64,000 nt of DNA from Flaccisagitta enflata (Eukaryota), in the NCBI GenBank assembly GCA_965153355.1, contig OZ231126.1, positions 48,422,001-48,486,000 on the forward strand, written 5' to 3'. Both the position numbers and the translations under genes were made by a program. Positions 1 to 13,761 of this stretch are shown one piece after another. Position 1 is the stretch's first letter. Each line of letters begins with the position of its first letter. The notes beneath the pieces are model-generated. The model saw only the letters and a list, made by a program, of their open reading frames with translations. It did not search any database and was not told where the DNA came from.

Positions 1-615
1 ATCCAGGTAATACAAATTACGAAGTTAGTCATGTCAGAACACGGGAAGATGTGACCTGTAAACGTTACCAAAAGATGTCTACGAGAAAGTTAATGTGCTA
101 TCGTGAGAGAACGCATGAGCGACAGCCACGAATATGGCACACGAAGTAATGATAAGGCGCCAATAAATCACATTTCGACTTTTCTTTAAATGTCGCGATG
201 GTCGCACAATCTTTCAGTGAGGAAGAAAGAGAGTTCCAATACCTTGGGGCGATGGTTCTTATTGATCTACTACATCTGACTATTTGATCACTCCAAAGGG
301 AATGATATTACTTATTTTTTGACAGTTTTAAATAATAAAACCTCTGTTTTAAGTGTTTGCTTAACAGTGAGTCAGTGACTGGATGGATATGCGTGGGCTC
401 GATCACCTCTTCGTCGATGTTTTCTGAATGTTTACAATGAGCTTTCACTGTCAGAAAGTTCTTATGACAACTTGTGAAACTGGGCAACGCTAATTGAGCG
501 GATTTGACTTATCCATGAAGCTGAATGTAGCAACATACGTGGTGCGAAGAATGATTCCAATTGAAAAGATAAACGTGAAGTGATTTTAAAAGCCAAAAAC
601 GCGAGGATTTCAAAA

Positions 616-1005
616 ATGGAGGACAATGAAGGCGACGTCGGCGTTGGATCACCGAGTGACGATCTCTATTCTGATCTCTTCGTGGAAGACGTCGAGTGCC
701 AGCAACGTAATGCCGGGGTCACCAATTCCTCGGTTTCCGCTTTGGACAATCCGTTACAACGGCGCATCGCCGAGTTGCTCAATCAGAACGCGGCGCTGAC
801 GTCGCGGAACGCCAAATTGACGAATGACTTGGCGATGGCGGAGAAACTTCGCGCGGATGTTGAGAGGAAATTTCTCGCTTTTCGCTCAACGGCCAACGAC
901 GAATTGAGGAAGAAGCAAAGGGAAATCAGCGAAATCAAAATCGCTCTGCTGAAAGAGAAAAAATGGTCGCGAGAAAGAAGAATGGAGGAATGGGAAAGGA
1001 GGAAG
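616..1005 (+). CDS. CASP8AP2: Exon 1 of a FLASH/CASP8AP2-like gene (model: 616-1005,1483-1815,2611-3236,4166-9510,11258-11425,13194-15463,16784-17551; ~3299 aa)
   Basis: ATG at 616. DDLYSDL motif, then a coiled coil ending FRSTANDELRKKQREISEI, resembling the FLASH N-terminus (LDLY motif; KTARVEINRKDEEISNL) as recalled. Donor AAG|GTTCGT at 1005/1006, phase 0. Confidence 0.6.
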
Positions 1006-1108
1006 GTTCGTGAAAGGCGGGGCTAGTTTTTTTAACGAGTTTGCTGTAGAGTTTGAGCGTGTTTGTGTATGTGTTAGTCTTTGTAGAGTTAGTCTGTTTT
1101 AGTTCTGT

Positions 1109-1112
<4 letters not shown>

Positions 1113-1184
<72 letters not shown>
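1113..1184. repeat. (GT)n microsatellite
   Basis: Direct. Confidence 0.95.
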
Positions 1185-1186
<2 letters not shown>

Positions 1187-1482
1187 CTGTTTGTTTTTGA
1201 AATTTGTGTTTGTATTTTCACTTTTTCAGTGAAAGTTTTTATGCGTGTGACTTCGTGTTTTTGTTATGAATGTGTGTTTGAGTTTTTTTCTGTTGAGTGT
1301 CTTTGTTTGTGTATGTTGTATTTGGTGTTACACGCTCTGTTGTGAGATTGTATAGTGAAAGCGTGATCGTCTGACTTTACTGTTCAAGTTGTAGATAAGG
1401 GAAATTTGGACCACTGGCTTTCAAACACTCCTTCGACTCTCTTGCGGCCATCTGTGTACCAATTGTCAACCATTTTTTTCAG

Positions 1483-1815
1483 ATCGACACATCCGACTCG
1501 GGATTGGAATCGAGTTCTCCTCTTCAGTCGAAACGACGGTCGGAAGCCGGAAGCCGTTCAACGGAGCCTCGATCTGCTGCGTCGGAATCGCGTCGTCGGG
1601 AATCGAGGAGGCGGAAATCTGTCGGGGGAGAAGACATGCTCGTGGATGACGTCGCCGACGACGGAAAGGACGTAGAGAGGGATGTGCGGGATGGAGCCGA
1701 TATAAATGAAGCCGAAGAATCCCACTCAACGAATCACCTCGTTGACACTGATGCCGATACAGGCGTGAGAGACAGAGAATCTCGCGTTCACACAGCACCA
1801 TCCGAGGTTGTAGAG
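1483..1815 (+). CDS. FLASH-like gene exon 2
   Basis: Acceptor ttttttcag|ATC, donor GAG|GTGAGC; open frame IDTSDSGLESSSP..., phases 0/0. Confidence 0.75.
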
Positions 1816-2610
1816 GTGAGCCGAAGGATTAAAGCTAATAAATTGACCCTCCAAAGGGAATGATATTGCTTATTTTTTGACAGTTTTAAAAAATAAAACC
1901 TCTGGTTTGTATGTTTTGTATTTTTAGTCGCTTGCTAAGCGACTCTTTTAACAGGCTGTGTCCCTAGGAAGGTAATGCCAAATTTGAGATATGTGAAGTA
2001 GTCGTTTCTGAGTATTACTACTACTCTCTTTGTATTAAGTAAGGACGAAGTTTATAAGGACATGAGGCTGAAATTTTGCCAAAATTTAAGAATATTTTAG
2101 GGACAAGCCCCAGCTTAGATTTAAAGAAAATTTTGTTTTATATTTTAGATTTCAATCATTTTTTTGTAAAAACTGTTATATTCTTTTAAAAAATGATACA
2201 AATTAATCAGTGTATTTTATCTGTTTATTTTTGTAAATCAATTTTTCATTATAAATATAAGTTTTTACAATTTTTCTTTGTGTAAAGAATTAGAACTACA
2301 AAAAATCTTAAGATAAATTTAGAATATTTCAGCCTTAAATCTTCAAAAATTTAAAGACGTCCCTGCCTCAGAAAAATTTTACTGCTCCTTATAAACTGAA
2401 AAGCGTACTTTTACTGCCCCTGTCCAGCGATGTAACAGGCCCCGATTCATCGCATGCTGCCCCTGCCCATCCATACTACTGCCTCTACCCACCCATACTA
2501 CGTGTACTGCCTCTGCCCACCCATGTTACTGCCCACCCTCATGCGACTACTTATTGGACGTGTATGGTGTTTGCTTACGTTGGATTTGTTTAGATTAATA
2601 TTTTCCTCAG

Positions 2611-3236
2611 AAAAATGGTCGCATCCATCTCCCTGACGCTGGACTCGACAATCTCTCTCTTTCCCTTCCGAAAATGTTCAACTTGTCTCGTGCGGCGGAA
2701 CTGCGCAAAGCCGACGCTTCGCAACCCGCCGTTGAACTCGCGTCGGCCACTTCGAGACAAGTCGGAGAATCTGACGCCGTCTTAACGACGAATGAGACGA
2801 ACATGGACGCGAACGGCAAAATCGATGAAGACGTAGACGACGACTCACCGACGGAAAAATCGGCGCCAACGTCACCTGCAACTGTAGTCACATCAGCATC
2901 TGACTCCTCGGCGGCTTCATCCTTGTCAACGACGGCTGCGTCTCTCTCTACTTTCTCATCGGCTACGACTTCAGCTCCCTTGGCAGTCTCAACTGCAACA
3001 GCTTTATCCGCTTCCATTGCCTCGTCCGCGACGACGACAACGACAACGCCATCCGCCTCTCACTCGACAACAACATCATCATCCTCATCAACAAATGTGG
3101 GATCCTCCATCAACGAAAGATTGGCGCTAATCTCCAACTCGTCGAGAGCGAAGCCGCTCAAGCCTGGAGAGTGGATGACTTCGTCGGGAGCTATTATCAG
3201 AGACAAAGAAGAGGACGAATCGTCGTCGAAGCACGG
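2611..3236 (+). CDS. FLASH-like gene exon 3 (S/T-rich)
   Basis: Acceptor ttttcctcag|AAA, donor GG|GTTAGT; in frame with ORF 2674-3261; phases 0/2. Confidence 0.75.
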
Positions 3237-3488
3237 GTTAGTTTGGGACTTAACCCCGTGATAAATAGTTTGTGTGGTTTCCTGGTTGATTGTTTCCTGG
3301 TTGATTAACAATTTTTCTAACCACTCAAACATTCAAGTGTGATATCCTAATTGCATTTAATGAATTGGGGTAAAAAACTGAATTTTTGTGCATTTGAAGT
3401 TTTATAAGGAGACCTTACGTCAAAATGATATAGTGTGTCCCAAGTCAAAATGATATGAAATGAAATGTCCAAAGTCAGTTGCAACATG

Positions 3489-4023
3489 AACAAGGCCAAC
3501 ACCTTATGTACAGTCGCGTGCGGTTGTTAAGACCATAAGACCATATGACTAAAAGACGAAAAGACTAAGAGACTAAGTGTAAATTGATTTGAAATAACTT
3601 CAGGGGTGTATATAGTTCCATAACCTTTATTTCCCCCCCCCCCCTGCCTTTGATTTTCTTCCCCGCGACACATCGCATCGCGTTACCAAATCTATGGTTT
3701 TCTTCCCTATAAAGCAATAAAACAGTGTATTTTAGGTTTAAATAGTGTCAAATTGTGTTTTACTAATCATGTTTTATGATTTGTTACTGCCAAAAGTTAT
3801 ATTTTCCCCAAATTTTCTTTTTTTTCTCTTTTTTCCTCCCTCCCTTTCCTTCCCTTTCTCCAAACCCTTTGATTATTTCCCCAATATACAGGCCTAATTA
3901 TAACTTTAAATAACTTAATATGACTTAAAATGACTTAAAATGATGTAAAACAACGAAAAAAAGCAAAGTGTTACCGACATATGGACAGAGTGGGTTGTAG
4001 AGTCGCGTGCACGCGACTAAAAA
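3489..4023 (-). mobile_element. HINE/DINE-1-like non-autonomous element, family A, with an internal insertion (~3601-3895)
   Basis: AACAAGGCCAACACC..GTCGCGTGC at one end, palindrome AGTCGCGTGCACGCGACT plus A-run at the other. Confidence 0.65.
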
Positions 4024-4165
4024 TCGACATGTCCCAACTTCAAGAGTTTAAAATAGATTTAAAAAAAACGATCCATAAAGATCTTGGCATGCAATTAAAT
4101 ATTGTCTTATAAAACCTCAACAACTATTAGATAGTTGCCGGTCAACAGAATCTCTTTTATCGCAG

Positions 4166-7100
4166 GTCAAATGCTCGCTCTAATCGACGTTCTCGCTCCG
4201 CGTCTCCGTCGCTGAAAAGGCGATCTACGCGATCTACGAAGGATTCTCGCGGCCGTTCTCCCGCTCATCGTTCTCCATCGCCTCCTCCTCGCTCATCTCA
4301 CGACTCATCGCCGCGTTCGCGCGATTGCCGTCTGAAAAGTGGTAAGGATGGAAAGGATCTTCGCTCTAAATCCCGCGGCAGAGGAAGAAGAACTTCTCGT
4401 TCCAAGTCTCGGGAAAGGAAGTCTCGCTCCCGGTCGGAGTCGCGTTCGAAGTCGCGGTCACCTTCGCCGCGTCGATCCAAACGCGACGCTCTCAAAAATG
4501 TCGGCAAAAATGACTCTTCGCGCTGTGACAGACTCGAATCTAAAAGAAATTGTCGAAAAGATGACTCCAAAAAGACTGACAAACGAGAGGATGATTTCCG
4601 TGGTGACAAAAACGAACCGTCGCGAGGTGAAAAGCGTGCGGACAAACCTGGCTCGTTGGGGAAGGAAAACGGAAGGTTGAGTAGAAACGGAGGAAGAGGA
4701 GGGGACGACGACGAAAAGAAAGCCAGAAGCGTGGAAAACGAAAGGGATGATCGAAGATCGCGGAGGGAGGAAGAGAGGAAGGAGCAAACGAACCGAAAAG
4801 AGAAGATTGACGAAGATGGGAGAAAGGACAAATCTGATCGAGATGATGACCAAGTTTCCAATGGGAGAAGTCGTCGAAAAGACGAAAGAAAGAAAGAAGA
4901 GGATAAGAGGAGGAAGGACGGAGGAGAGGAGGAAAAGGATGGCGAGAAACGGGAAAAGCAGAAAAGGGAGGATGAGCCAAGTCGTCGGACGAAAAGGAAC
5001 GATAAAGACACATCGTCGAGCGAAATGAAGAAACCGATTGACTTGAGAGATAAATTGAGACGGGACAAACCAACGACGACGATGGCGACAAGAGAATCGG
5101 CGAGGAAAATGACAATTGTAAAGAAAGACAAGAAGCCGAGAGACGATCTGGAGGAGGGAGAGGTTGACTCTGAGAGCGAAGGAGAAGTGGAGGAGGAAGG
5201 AGAGGACCAGGAGCGTGTGAATGAGGACAAAGGCGTTGGAGACACCCGGCCTGGGAGTGAGGATGCAGACGTCAGAGGACAGCGACCATCGAAAGTCGAT
5301 GAAGACGATCCCGTCGCTGATGAATTCAATGACGACGACGACGACGACGACATCGAACGACGACTGCAGTTGGACTGCACCAGTCCCACTTTCTGCATGT
5401 ATGAAGAAGCGGAGGAGGAAGACGGTGACGACAAAAGTGATCAAGGCGGAGAGGTAGTTGGTAGCAAGGCGGAGGAAGATAATGATAAGGAGAAATATGA
5501 ATGTCCAGATAACGTCAAAAACAAATCTTTGGAAGAAGCGGGAACCGGGAACCCGAAGGCATTTGATGAGCAAAGTGACCAGATAGTTCAGATCGATGGC
5601 AAATCACAGGAAGAGGAGCAGGAGCAGGCGAAAGAAGAAGAAAAAGACTATGACAAGAAGGAAAATAGAGATGAAGAAAATGAATCTGACGATGACGCGT
5701 TGGAATTGTGTGTCGACGAGGATGATGATTCCTTTGAACTGTCAAAAGACTACGAGGAAGCTTCCAATAATCAGGGGAATGTCGAGTCGGTGAAAAATAA
5801 GCGATTCTCTCCAAGACCGGATATTCATGAATCGGTCCAGGCACCAATTTTAAGAGAGCAGTCGCCCGGCGAAATTCTTTTGGCCGCAGCAACTGCGTCT
5901 GTAATTTCAGCTAATTCGGTTACTTCTTCGGCCTCTCTTTCAGCTCTGGTGCAAGAGGCAGCGCCACTCTCCTCGTTGCTTCCGGAGACCGCGCCGGCGT
6001 TGCATTCTCAAACTGTGTCTCTCTCTGCGTCGTTGCCATTATTAGATCCTGCGCCTCCTGTTGATTCCGCGCCCTCTCTGCCGCCATCTGCTTCGTCATC
6101 TCTATCCACCGTAATTTCGGCGACGGAGACAAACGCCGATTTGAGCGGAGACGATATTGAGGTCGTTATTCCCACGCACGCCCTTCAGGCCTTAGTAGGA
6201 GCCGGCGATCATATCTTAGCTGTTGATATCATCAACAGCCCTTTGAAGAAACCCACTGAGGACGCAAATGAATTCCCCAAGGATGGGGTTCATGATGTGG
6301 CCGATTTACCTGCCGGAGATGGCGCTGTGAATGTGGATGAACAAAGCCCATCTTTGACGGGGATACACTCTCATCAACTATCATCATCTTCTGTCAACGC
6401 GACGATCAATCAACAGCAGCCATCAAGTGATGGCCTGCAGAAAAACGAGCATATGAACATTCCTGCAGTTGAGTCGGCGTTGAACAAAAAATGTTCGTCG
6501 TCCTTAGAAATTACTTCGGATGCCAAGGAAAAATCGACGAAAGAGTCGCCGGCAAAAGACTTGTTGACTGGTGTTTCAGAGTCATCATCTGTTGTGACTC
6601 CGCCGTCAGCCTGTGAGACTAACATTCAATCAACGAGACAAAGAAGACCGTCGAGAAAAGACAAATCATGCGAAGAATTGAGGAAAAAAGAAGTTGTAAT
6701 AACTCAAGATCAAACTCTAGATCAATCTTGCCTAACACAGTCTTATACAGAGGAGATTCGGAAAAATAACGTAAAAAAGAGCCATATAGTCGTTGAAGAA
6801 AACAAAGTTGAAACGATAAAACTGACGACACCAGGAGAAACGTTGCGTCGATCGCCGAGGAAGAAGGTTGAGCCCCCGGCCACTCAAGCAAGATCGCAAA
6901 AGAGAAGAATCGAGTTAAAGACTCTGCCTAGCAAAGGCGATAGCGAAGAGGATGAAGCTGAGCGCAATTCGCCGTTTAAGACGGAGATTAGAGAGAGAAC
7001 AGCGTCACCAGCACTGAACAAAGATGGAAAATTAACGACATCCCCTGTAGAAACAGAGAATACCACCAAAGACGTAAGCAAACAAGACCCTAGAAAGAAG

Positions 7101-9510
7101 AACGAAGAAAAATCGCAAGAAAAGGGAAAGGCAATGGGAGCCGCTGGGAAAGAGAATCATAGAAATACCAAATTATCGACGCGAAATGCCGTCAAAGCCG
7201 TTGAAGATGCCAGCGTTAAAACGGGCGAGAATTTGCCGCCAAAAACGGCCAACGTGAAAGTGATGGAGAATCTGATGAGCAAAAAGATGGAGGAAGAATT
7301 GAAGCGTCAACGAGAGCAAATGAAACTGAGAAAGGAAGCGAAGGTGGAAAAGAAGGTTGGTAAAGACGCGAGAGAAATTGACGTAGTGAAAAAAACCGAC
7401 GATGACAATGGGCCACGGAAAGATCAGGTGGCTGCAGAGGGTGATCAAGGGAGGAAAGAGGCGGTTAAGGAGACGGTCCCTAAAGCGCCCGATAAAAGCG
7501 ACAATATCAAAATCAAGAAACTCAGTGAAGATCAAAAGAAAGAAAAGTTGAAACAGACAGAGAGTCGTTTTCAGTCCCCGTTGGCTGCACTCGAGGATGA
7601 ATATATGAATGAAAAGAAGCCGAATGAGGAGGAAAGAGAAAGTGCTAGACCAAGATCGCGGTCGAGAAGAAAATCCGGAGACGTGGGCAACAAAGCGGAA
7701 AAGGCTTCTAGGGATAACGAGGAAAAAAAGAGGCGTCCTTCCGGTGTTAAATCCGGCAGAAAGAGAGTAGCATCTGGAGATCCTGAAACAAAAAATAAAC
7801 CTTCCACTGATTCAAAGGAGAAATCTTCTTCCGCGCGAAGACGTCCATCCGGTGACAGTTCCACCAATGAAGGGCATCCGTCCGGGGGTGGTTTGGCTAG
7901 AACAAGGCGTCAGTCGGGAGAAAATGCTAAAAATTCTCGACGCAGCTCCGCAAGTGCATCAACGGATAAGAATTCTAAAAGCGAATGCGATAAAAACAAA
8001 AATGCGGGCAAATTAACAACCCACGAGGAATCGCCTGGAGAAAGCCATCGCTCTCGTGAAAAGAATTCTAAAAGTGACGGCGATAAAAGGAAAGATGCGA
8101 GCGAATCGACGACCCACGATAAAACTCCGGAAGTGGCAAATCGATCTCGTGATAATAAACCGGAAAAAGACGCGCAGGAAAAGCGCTCAAGAGAGTCTGA
8201 GACTAGTGGACGGAGCCGTCGGGACAAGCATGAGAGGGAGAAGCGCGAAAATCGTATGAAAGAGAAAGGCGAGAAACATTCTGTCCAGTTGGATAAAAGA
8301 CGGAGCGCGAGTCGAGAGGAGAAGGGTCGCGATTGCGGGAAGAGGAAAAGAAAATGGTCGACGAGTTCGGAGGAGGATAAGGAGGAGGATGTGAATGAAA
8401 AGCGGAAAAGGAAGAACACGGGAGGAGAAACGGGCGTTGACAAAGGAGCCAACGTCAAAGACAACGAGCATAAGGACAGGAAACCAGAAAGTAAGATAAA
8501 CCTGCCTTTTCAAGTCAATGTTGATATCGATCCATCAATATACGCTTCCCCGGCTTCAAAAGATGATGTTCATATGTTAAAAGGACCGATCGTCGATGTT
8601 GTTCCGTCAGCAGAGAATGCAACGACTCACGTATCTGCGGTTTCTGTAAGCGTAACTTCTGCTTCAATCACTTCATCCACATCCAAATCTCCCAATCAAA
8701 GCCTGATGATATCTGTCCCCTCTGCCGCCACTTCTACACTTTCCGTCGATTGTGGACCACCTCCTCCATTGTCGTCTTCTTCCGGCGCCGCCGATTTTTC
8801 GCCATCTGACGATCCTCCCACGTTCCGCGTTCCGACTCCCACTGAACCACCGCCGCTTGTTTTAACCACCTACCGCGCTCCCACTCCGACGGATCACGCG
8901 TCTTCCCTACTTCCGGCTTCTCCGGCTTCCACGACAAATTCCGGCAGCAGCAGCAACAGCGTCATGGCCAGTCACAGTAATCAAGCGAGTAATAGCAACA
9001 GCAACCAAGCTAGTAGTGGTGCTCAAAACGACGGCGCTAACGACAGACTCGAAATGTTGAAACGAGAGAAAGAGCGACTCGAAGCGGAAATTCGTCGTCA
9101 AACTATGCTTCAAGAAACTGAAGCGCCCCCTTATTCTTCAATTGCGACGGTATCTTTTTCTACCGTGTCACCGATGATAACCACCACGCCATCTGCTATG
9201 AAAACTCCAACCGCATCTAATGTCCAGGACGAAGCATCGCAGTCGACGATTGTATTCAACGAAAAGATGAAGCGTCTCTTCAGGGATGTGCGACCGATGA
9301 AGGAACGCCTCGACAGCGCGTCGTCTGGAGGCGGTGTTGATGGAAGTAATGTTCCTTCGCCTACCGGTGGCTGCATCGACGTCGAGCAGAAAGGGTGTGG
9401 AAACGAAGGATGCGTTATCGACCAATGCGAGGGATGTGGGATGGACGCGGAAGATGGATGCGAAACTAGTGGCAGCACATGTCCCTCGCCCGCGGATTTG
9501 TACGACGAAG
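4166..9510 (+). CDS. FLASH-like gene exon 4 (5.3 kb; RS-rich, charged, disordered)
   Basis: Acceptor cttttatcgcag|G, frame continuous with the 1632-aa ORF, donor G|GTGAGA; phases 2/1. Confidence 0.85.
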
Positions 9511-9591
9511 GTGAGATTACGTATTGCATTTTTATTATCCAGTCTTCCAGATAGTCTTGATATTTCCTTTCGCCTGCATCATTTCATGCCC

Positions 9592-10058
9592 TTTTAGATG
9601 CGGACACGTAACTCTATAAGAGGCTTTGTCCGTCCGTCCGTCCGTCCGTGATGATCAAGTTGAAAACACGCATTTTTATGAGCACTGCAACTTTGATTAT
9701 CTGTGTGGGGTAGGCGAGTGTGTGGATTGGGGTTGTATGCCCCTGCCCACCCGTCCGCAACAATATTGTGACCCCGTGTCACTTGTTAGATGCGTCCTCG
9801 CATCTCTATAAGAGGGTCTGTCAGTCCGTCCTTCCGTCTGTCTGTCCGTACGCCTGTGCAAAAACCGCGTTTCTCGGCTGTTTTTGGCCTCGGTGAGATC
9901 CTATACTGAATCAAATGATTGACAAACATGTTTTGAGAGTCACCTTTGCTACTCAGTCGTTTCATCTGTCAGTTTGTCTATCTGTCTCTCCATTCATGTC
10001 ACATGATCAATACACGCAGAGATACAGTCCGGACGCATCGTTGCCTGGTGGGCTTGTT
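9592..10058 (+). mobile_element. Two abutting HINE-like elements (9592-9787 and 9786-10058)
   Basis: Each starts TTAG-hairpin-CTATAAG, has (GTCC/GTCT)n and ends CTTGTT. Confidence 0.65.
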
Positions 10059-10147
10059 CTTTTTCTTTCACACGCATGTCTCACATAACCTTCTTTCTTA
10101 AAATCTTGTCTTTTCTTGACTTCCTTATTTCCTGCTTTTTCTGTCTC

Positions 10148-10312
<165 letters not shown>

Positions 10313-10339
10313 ATTTTGATTTTCAAGATAGTCTTGATA

Positions 10340-10891
10340 CAGTGGGGTTCGTGGAATAATAGCCTAAACTGGAGGAAGGTATTTAAGTGTCGTAATTTTA
10401 TTTAACAAACTTGATATTTGAAATATAAGTTGTTCACACGATGCTTTTGTCCCTGAGTTTTTTGGTTGCTATGGAAACCAAAATTATTTTTTTAAACATA
10501 CATAACAACTAGAATATTGATATTTTAAGAAATAATATCAGGGAACATTGCTCAAAATTAAATTTGCTATAACTTTCCCATAGTATGTCCTGTAAGAATA
10601 TCGCTCGTTTAGCCGTTGCTAGGGAGCATCATTTAGCGGTTGCTAGGTGTGATGCCCTAGCGGCCAAGCAGCTTACAGAACATACTGTGGAAAGTTTAAA
10701 TTAATTTTGAGCAATGTTTGATAATATTTCTCAAAATATTGATATTTTAGTGGTTATAAATGTTTGAAAAAATAATTTGGTTTTTTCCATAAAACTTTCA
10801 AAAGCATCAGTGAACAAGCTCAAATATCAAGTTTGTCAAATTTAAGACATATACCTTCCTCAGTTAAACTGTTATTCCACGAACCCCACTG
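10340..10891. mobile_element. Tc1/mariner-type MITE/foldback
   Basis: TIR CAGTGGGGTTCGTGGAATAA...TTATTCCACGAACCCCACTG, TA on both sides, long internal inverted symmetry. Confidence 0.8.
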
Positions 10892-11005
10892 TATTTGTTT
10901 CTGTCTTTCTTTTTCTTTCACACGCTTTCACGTCAACCCAATGTCTTACATTATTACCTTCTTCTATAGATTGCAATTTTTTCTTGACTTCTTTGTTTCT
11001 TTCTC

Positions 11006-11247
<242 letters not shown>

Positions 11248-11257
11248 CCCTCCTTAG

Positions 11258-11425
11258 GAACTCTGATGCCGACTCCCAAGCGGAAGAAAAAGGACGCTTC
11301 CGCGCGGAAGCAAATGAGTTTCCGAGCGGAGTTGGCCAGAGAAACTAAAGCGGCCGCTGATATGCTGGAGGAGGAAATGGCGGCGGAGACGGCAGCCGCG
11401 GCAAAGGACGATGATCCGTCGAGAG
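11258..11425 (+). CDS. FLASH-like gene exon 5 (contains NLS-like PKRKKK)
   Basis: Acceptor after (CT)n ccttag|GA, donor G|GTAGT; phases 1/1. Confidence 0.75.
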
Positions 11426-11475
11426 GTAGTGCTCATTGTGTTGCATGTTGCAGGCCTGTATAGTGTATATGTATA

Positions 11476-12213
11476 CAGACGGAGCAATGATTTAGCGTGT
11501 GCAGGCGCCAAAGTCTTAGCAGCCCCCCCTACAGCCCAAACGGCTTAACCAATTTTTACTCTTGAGGCATCTCTGGATACCTTGAGGGAATCAATATGGC
11601 GCTACCGAGGCGATTTTCCAATTTCAACCATTAACCCCCCCAAGTGACCACCCCTTGCCCACCCTGGAGCCACCCCCGAGGCCTAAAAAAATCAGAAAAT
11701 TTTTTTTCTTGAAATTCAACTTTTTCTCAATGGGTTTGTGTACACTGATGTCTTAAGCCATACTTAATCACGTTTTCAGCTCTTTTTTTCATGATTTTTT
11801 TGCGTTAAAATATGGATATTTCAGCCAAGTGTCAATATTTATTAAATTCAGATTAAACCATGTCTTGAAAAACTTCAATTTTTTGGCGGAATATGTTCAT
11901 TTGAGCCGTAGAAACAGGTTTTTCCATCGCTCAAGACATCATTGTACATGATTCAAAGGAAAAAATTTCAAATTTCAGGAAAAAAAATTTTACAATTTTT
12001 TTGGATCTCGGGGGTGGTTCCAAGGTGGGCAAGGGGTGGTCATTTGTGGGGGTTAATGGTTGAAATTGGAAAATCGCCTCGGTGGCGCCATATTAATTCC
12101 CTCAAGGTATCCAGAGATGCCTCAAGAGTGAAAATTATGTAAGCTGTTTGGGCTATAGGGGGGGGCTGCTAAAACTTTTGGCGCCTGCACACGCTAAATT
12201 ATTGCTCCGTCTG
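11476..12213. mobile_element. MITE with ~240-bp inverted arms
   Basis: CAGACGGAGCAAT..TTTAGCGTGTGCAGGCGCC and its reverse complement; TA flanks. Confidence 0.82.
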
Positions 12214-13193
12214 TATAGTTCCACATTTCTTTCCCCCGGTGGGGGGGGGGGCGAAGTAATCAAAGGGTTTGGAGATGGGGAAGAAACTCTAAGGGGGGGA
12301 AGAGAAAATTCAAATTCAAATTCAAATTCAATAACTCCAAAAAAGTAAGGCGTATCGCCTGTTGACTTGGAGACGTAAAACACTACATTCTACTTCCCGG
12401 TAAATTGTCCATCACACCAGTTCGTGCAACCATCTCTACGAGAAAATAACTAACAATCACAGTTTCGCTTTCTTTTCAATCGTCATTGTCACTCCGCTTG
12501 CTCGTCTTGACGCCTAGTCCTGAGAAAAAAAGAAACTTTTGGCAGAACTAAATCATAAAAACTGAATATGCCTAGTAAAACACAGTTTAACATTATTCAA
12601 ACCTTAAGTGCTTAAGAACACTGTTTTATTGCGATTTTGGGAAGAAAATTATAGGCTGGGAGGGGGGAAATTACACCGCTGTTGTGTTGACTGCATGCCG
12701 TCTTTTGATCTGTTTGGTCGCTGTTCTAAAAATTTTGGCAAATCCCAGGCTCATGTCTCTTATAGGCTGGTCTCTTATAAAAAAAAGAAAGTGTATTACC
12801 AAATGTAAGTATGGTATCTTACATCATTTTTTGGTCTTTTGTCTTCTGTTTTTGGTAGAGAATACCAAAAGTCTGGATATACTATGAAAGGTTTTATGTT
12901 GTTACGGTTACGTACGAATGCAGATGAATGACGGATCGCACCTGGACCACAAGCCACTGGCTTTTCTTTTCCGGTTGAGTTGAACTTGATCTTGCCTCTT
13001 TTATAGCAGAATTTCTTGTTTGTTTTCTTGTTTTTTTTTGTTCATTTTGTTTGTTCATTTTTTTTGTTAATTTTTTTTGTTCATTTTATTATCATTTTAA
13101 TCAACCATTTCATGATATGATATTATTTTTAAAATACCATACTCTTTTCACCCAATTAACGACAACGTAATTTTGATATCTTCGTTTTGGCAG

Positions 13194-13729
13194 CTACGAT
13201 TTACGATGCCAATCCTAGTCACAACGTCAGCGGCGTCCATCTCAATGACAACAGCAACATCAGCGATTCCATCTACCAAAGTCCCGTTCACGCGCCAGAA
13301 AGTCGCATCATCGATTTTAGCACCAAATCCATTCTTGAGCGGCACGTGTTGCCGGATGGGACGGTGGCCGTTTGTCCCGACAGAGTGAACTACGATTTGC
13401 CGGAAACTCCGATGAAGGAGGCTGCCGAAACTACGTCGTCTTGGGGCGTTCCTCTGACGAGGGGATCGACGGATCATTCCTCTTCGCATCTGCCGCAGCA
13501 ACACGCCATGCAGCAACACTTGATGCTGCAGCAGCAGCAGCAATCCTTGACGTCTTTCGAGAGCTTTCAGCGGAGACTCCAATCCACATTGTCCGATCAC
13601 GCTTCGATAAGGAAACAAGAAAGTGAAGAGGAAGTTTTGGATTTACGCGTCGGTCGAAACGAGGATGAGAAAAGGACTGATACTACATCAGCAGTTACTT
13701 TAACGACTTCGACCGATCATATGACGACG

Positions 13730-13761
<32 letters not shown>

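Noticed and set aside
4298..8513. Long minus-strand ORFs (378, 371, 184 aa and others)
   Set aside because: Antisense shadows of the purine-rich coding exon.
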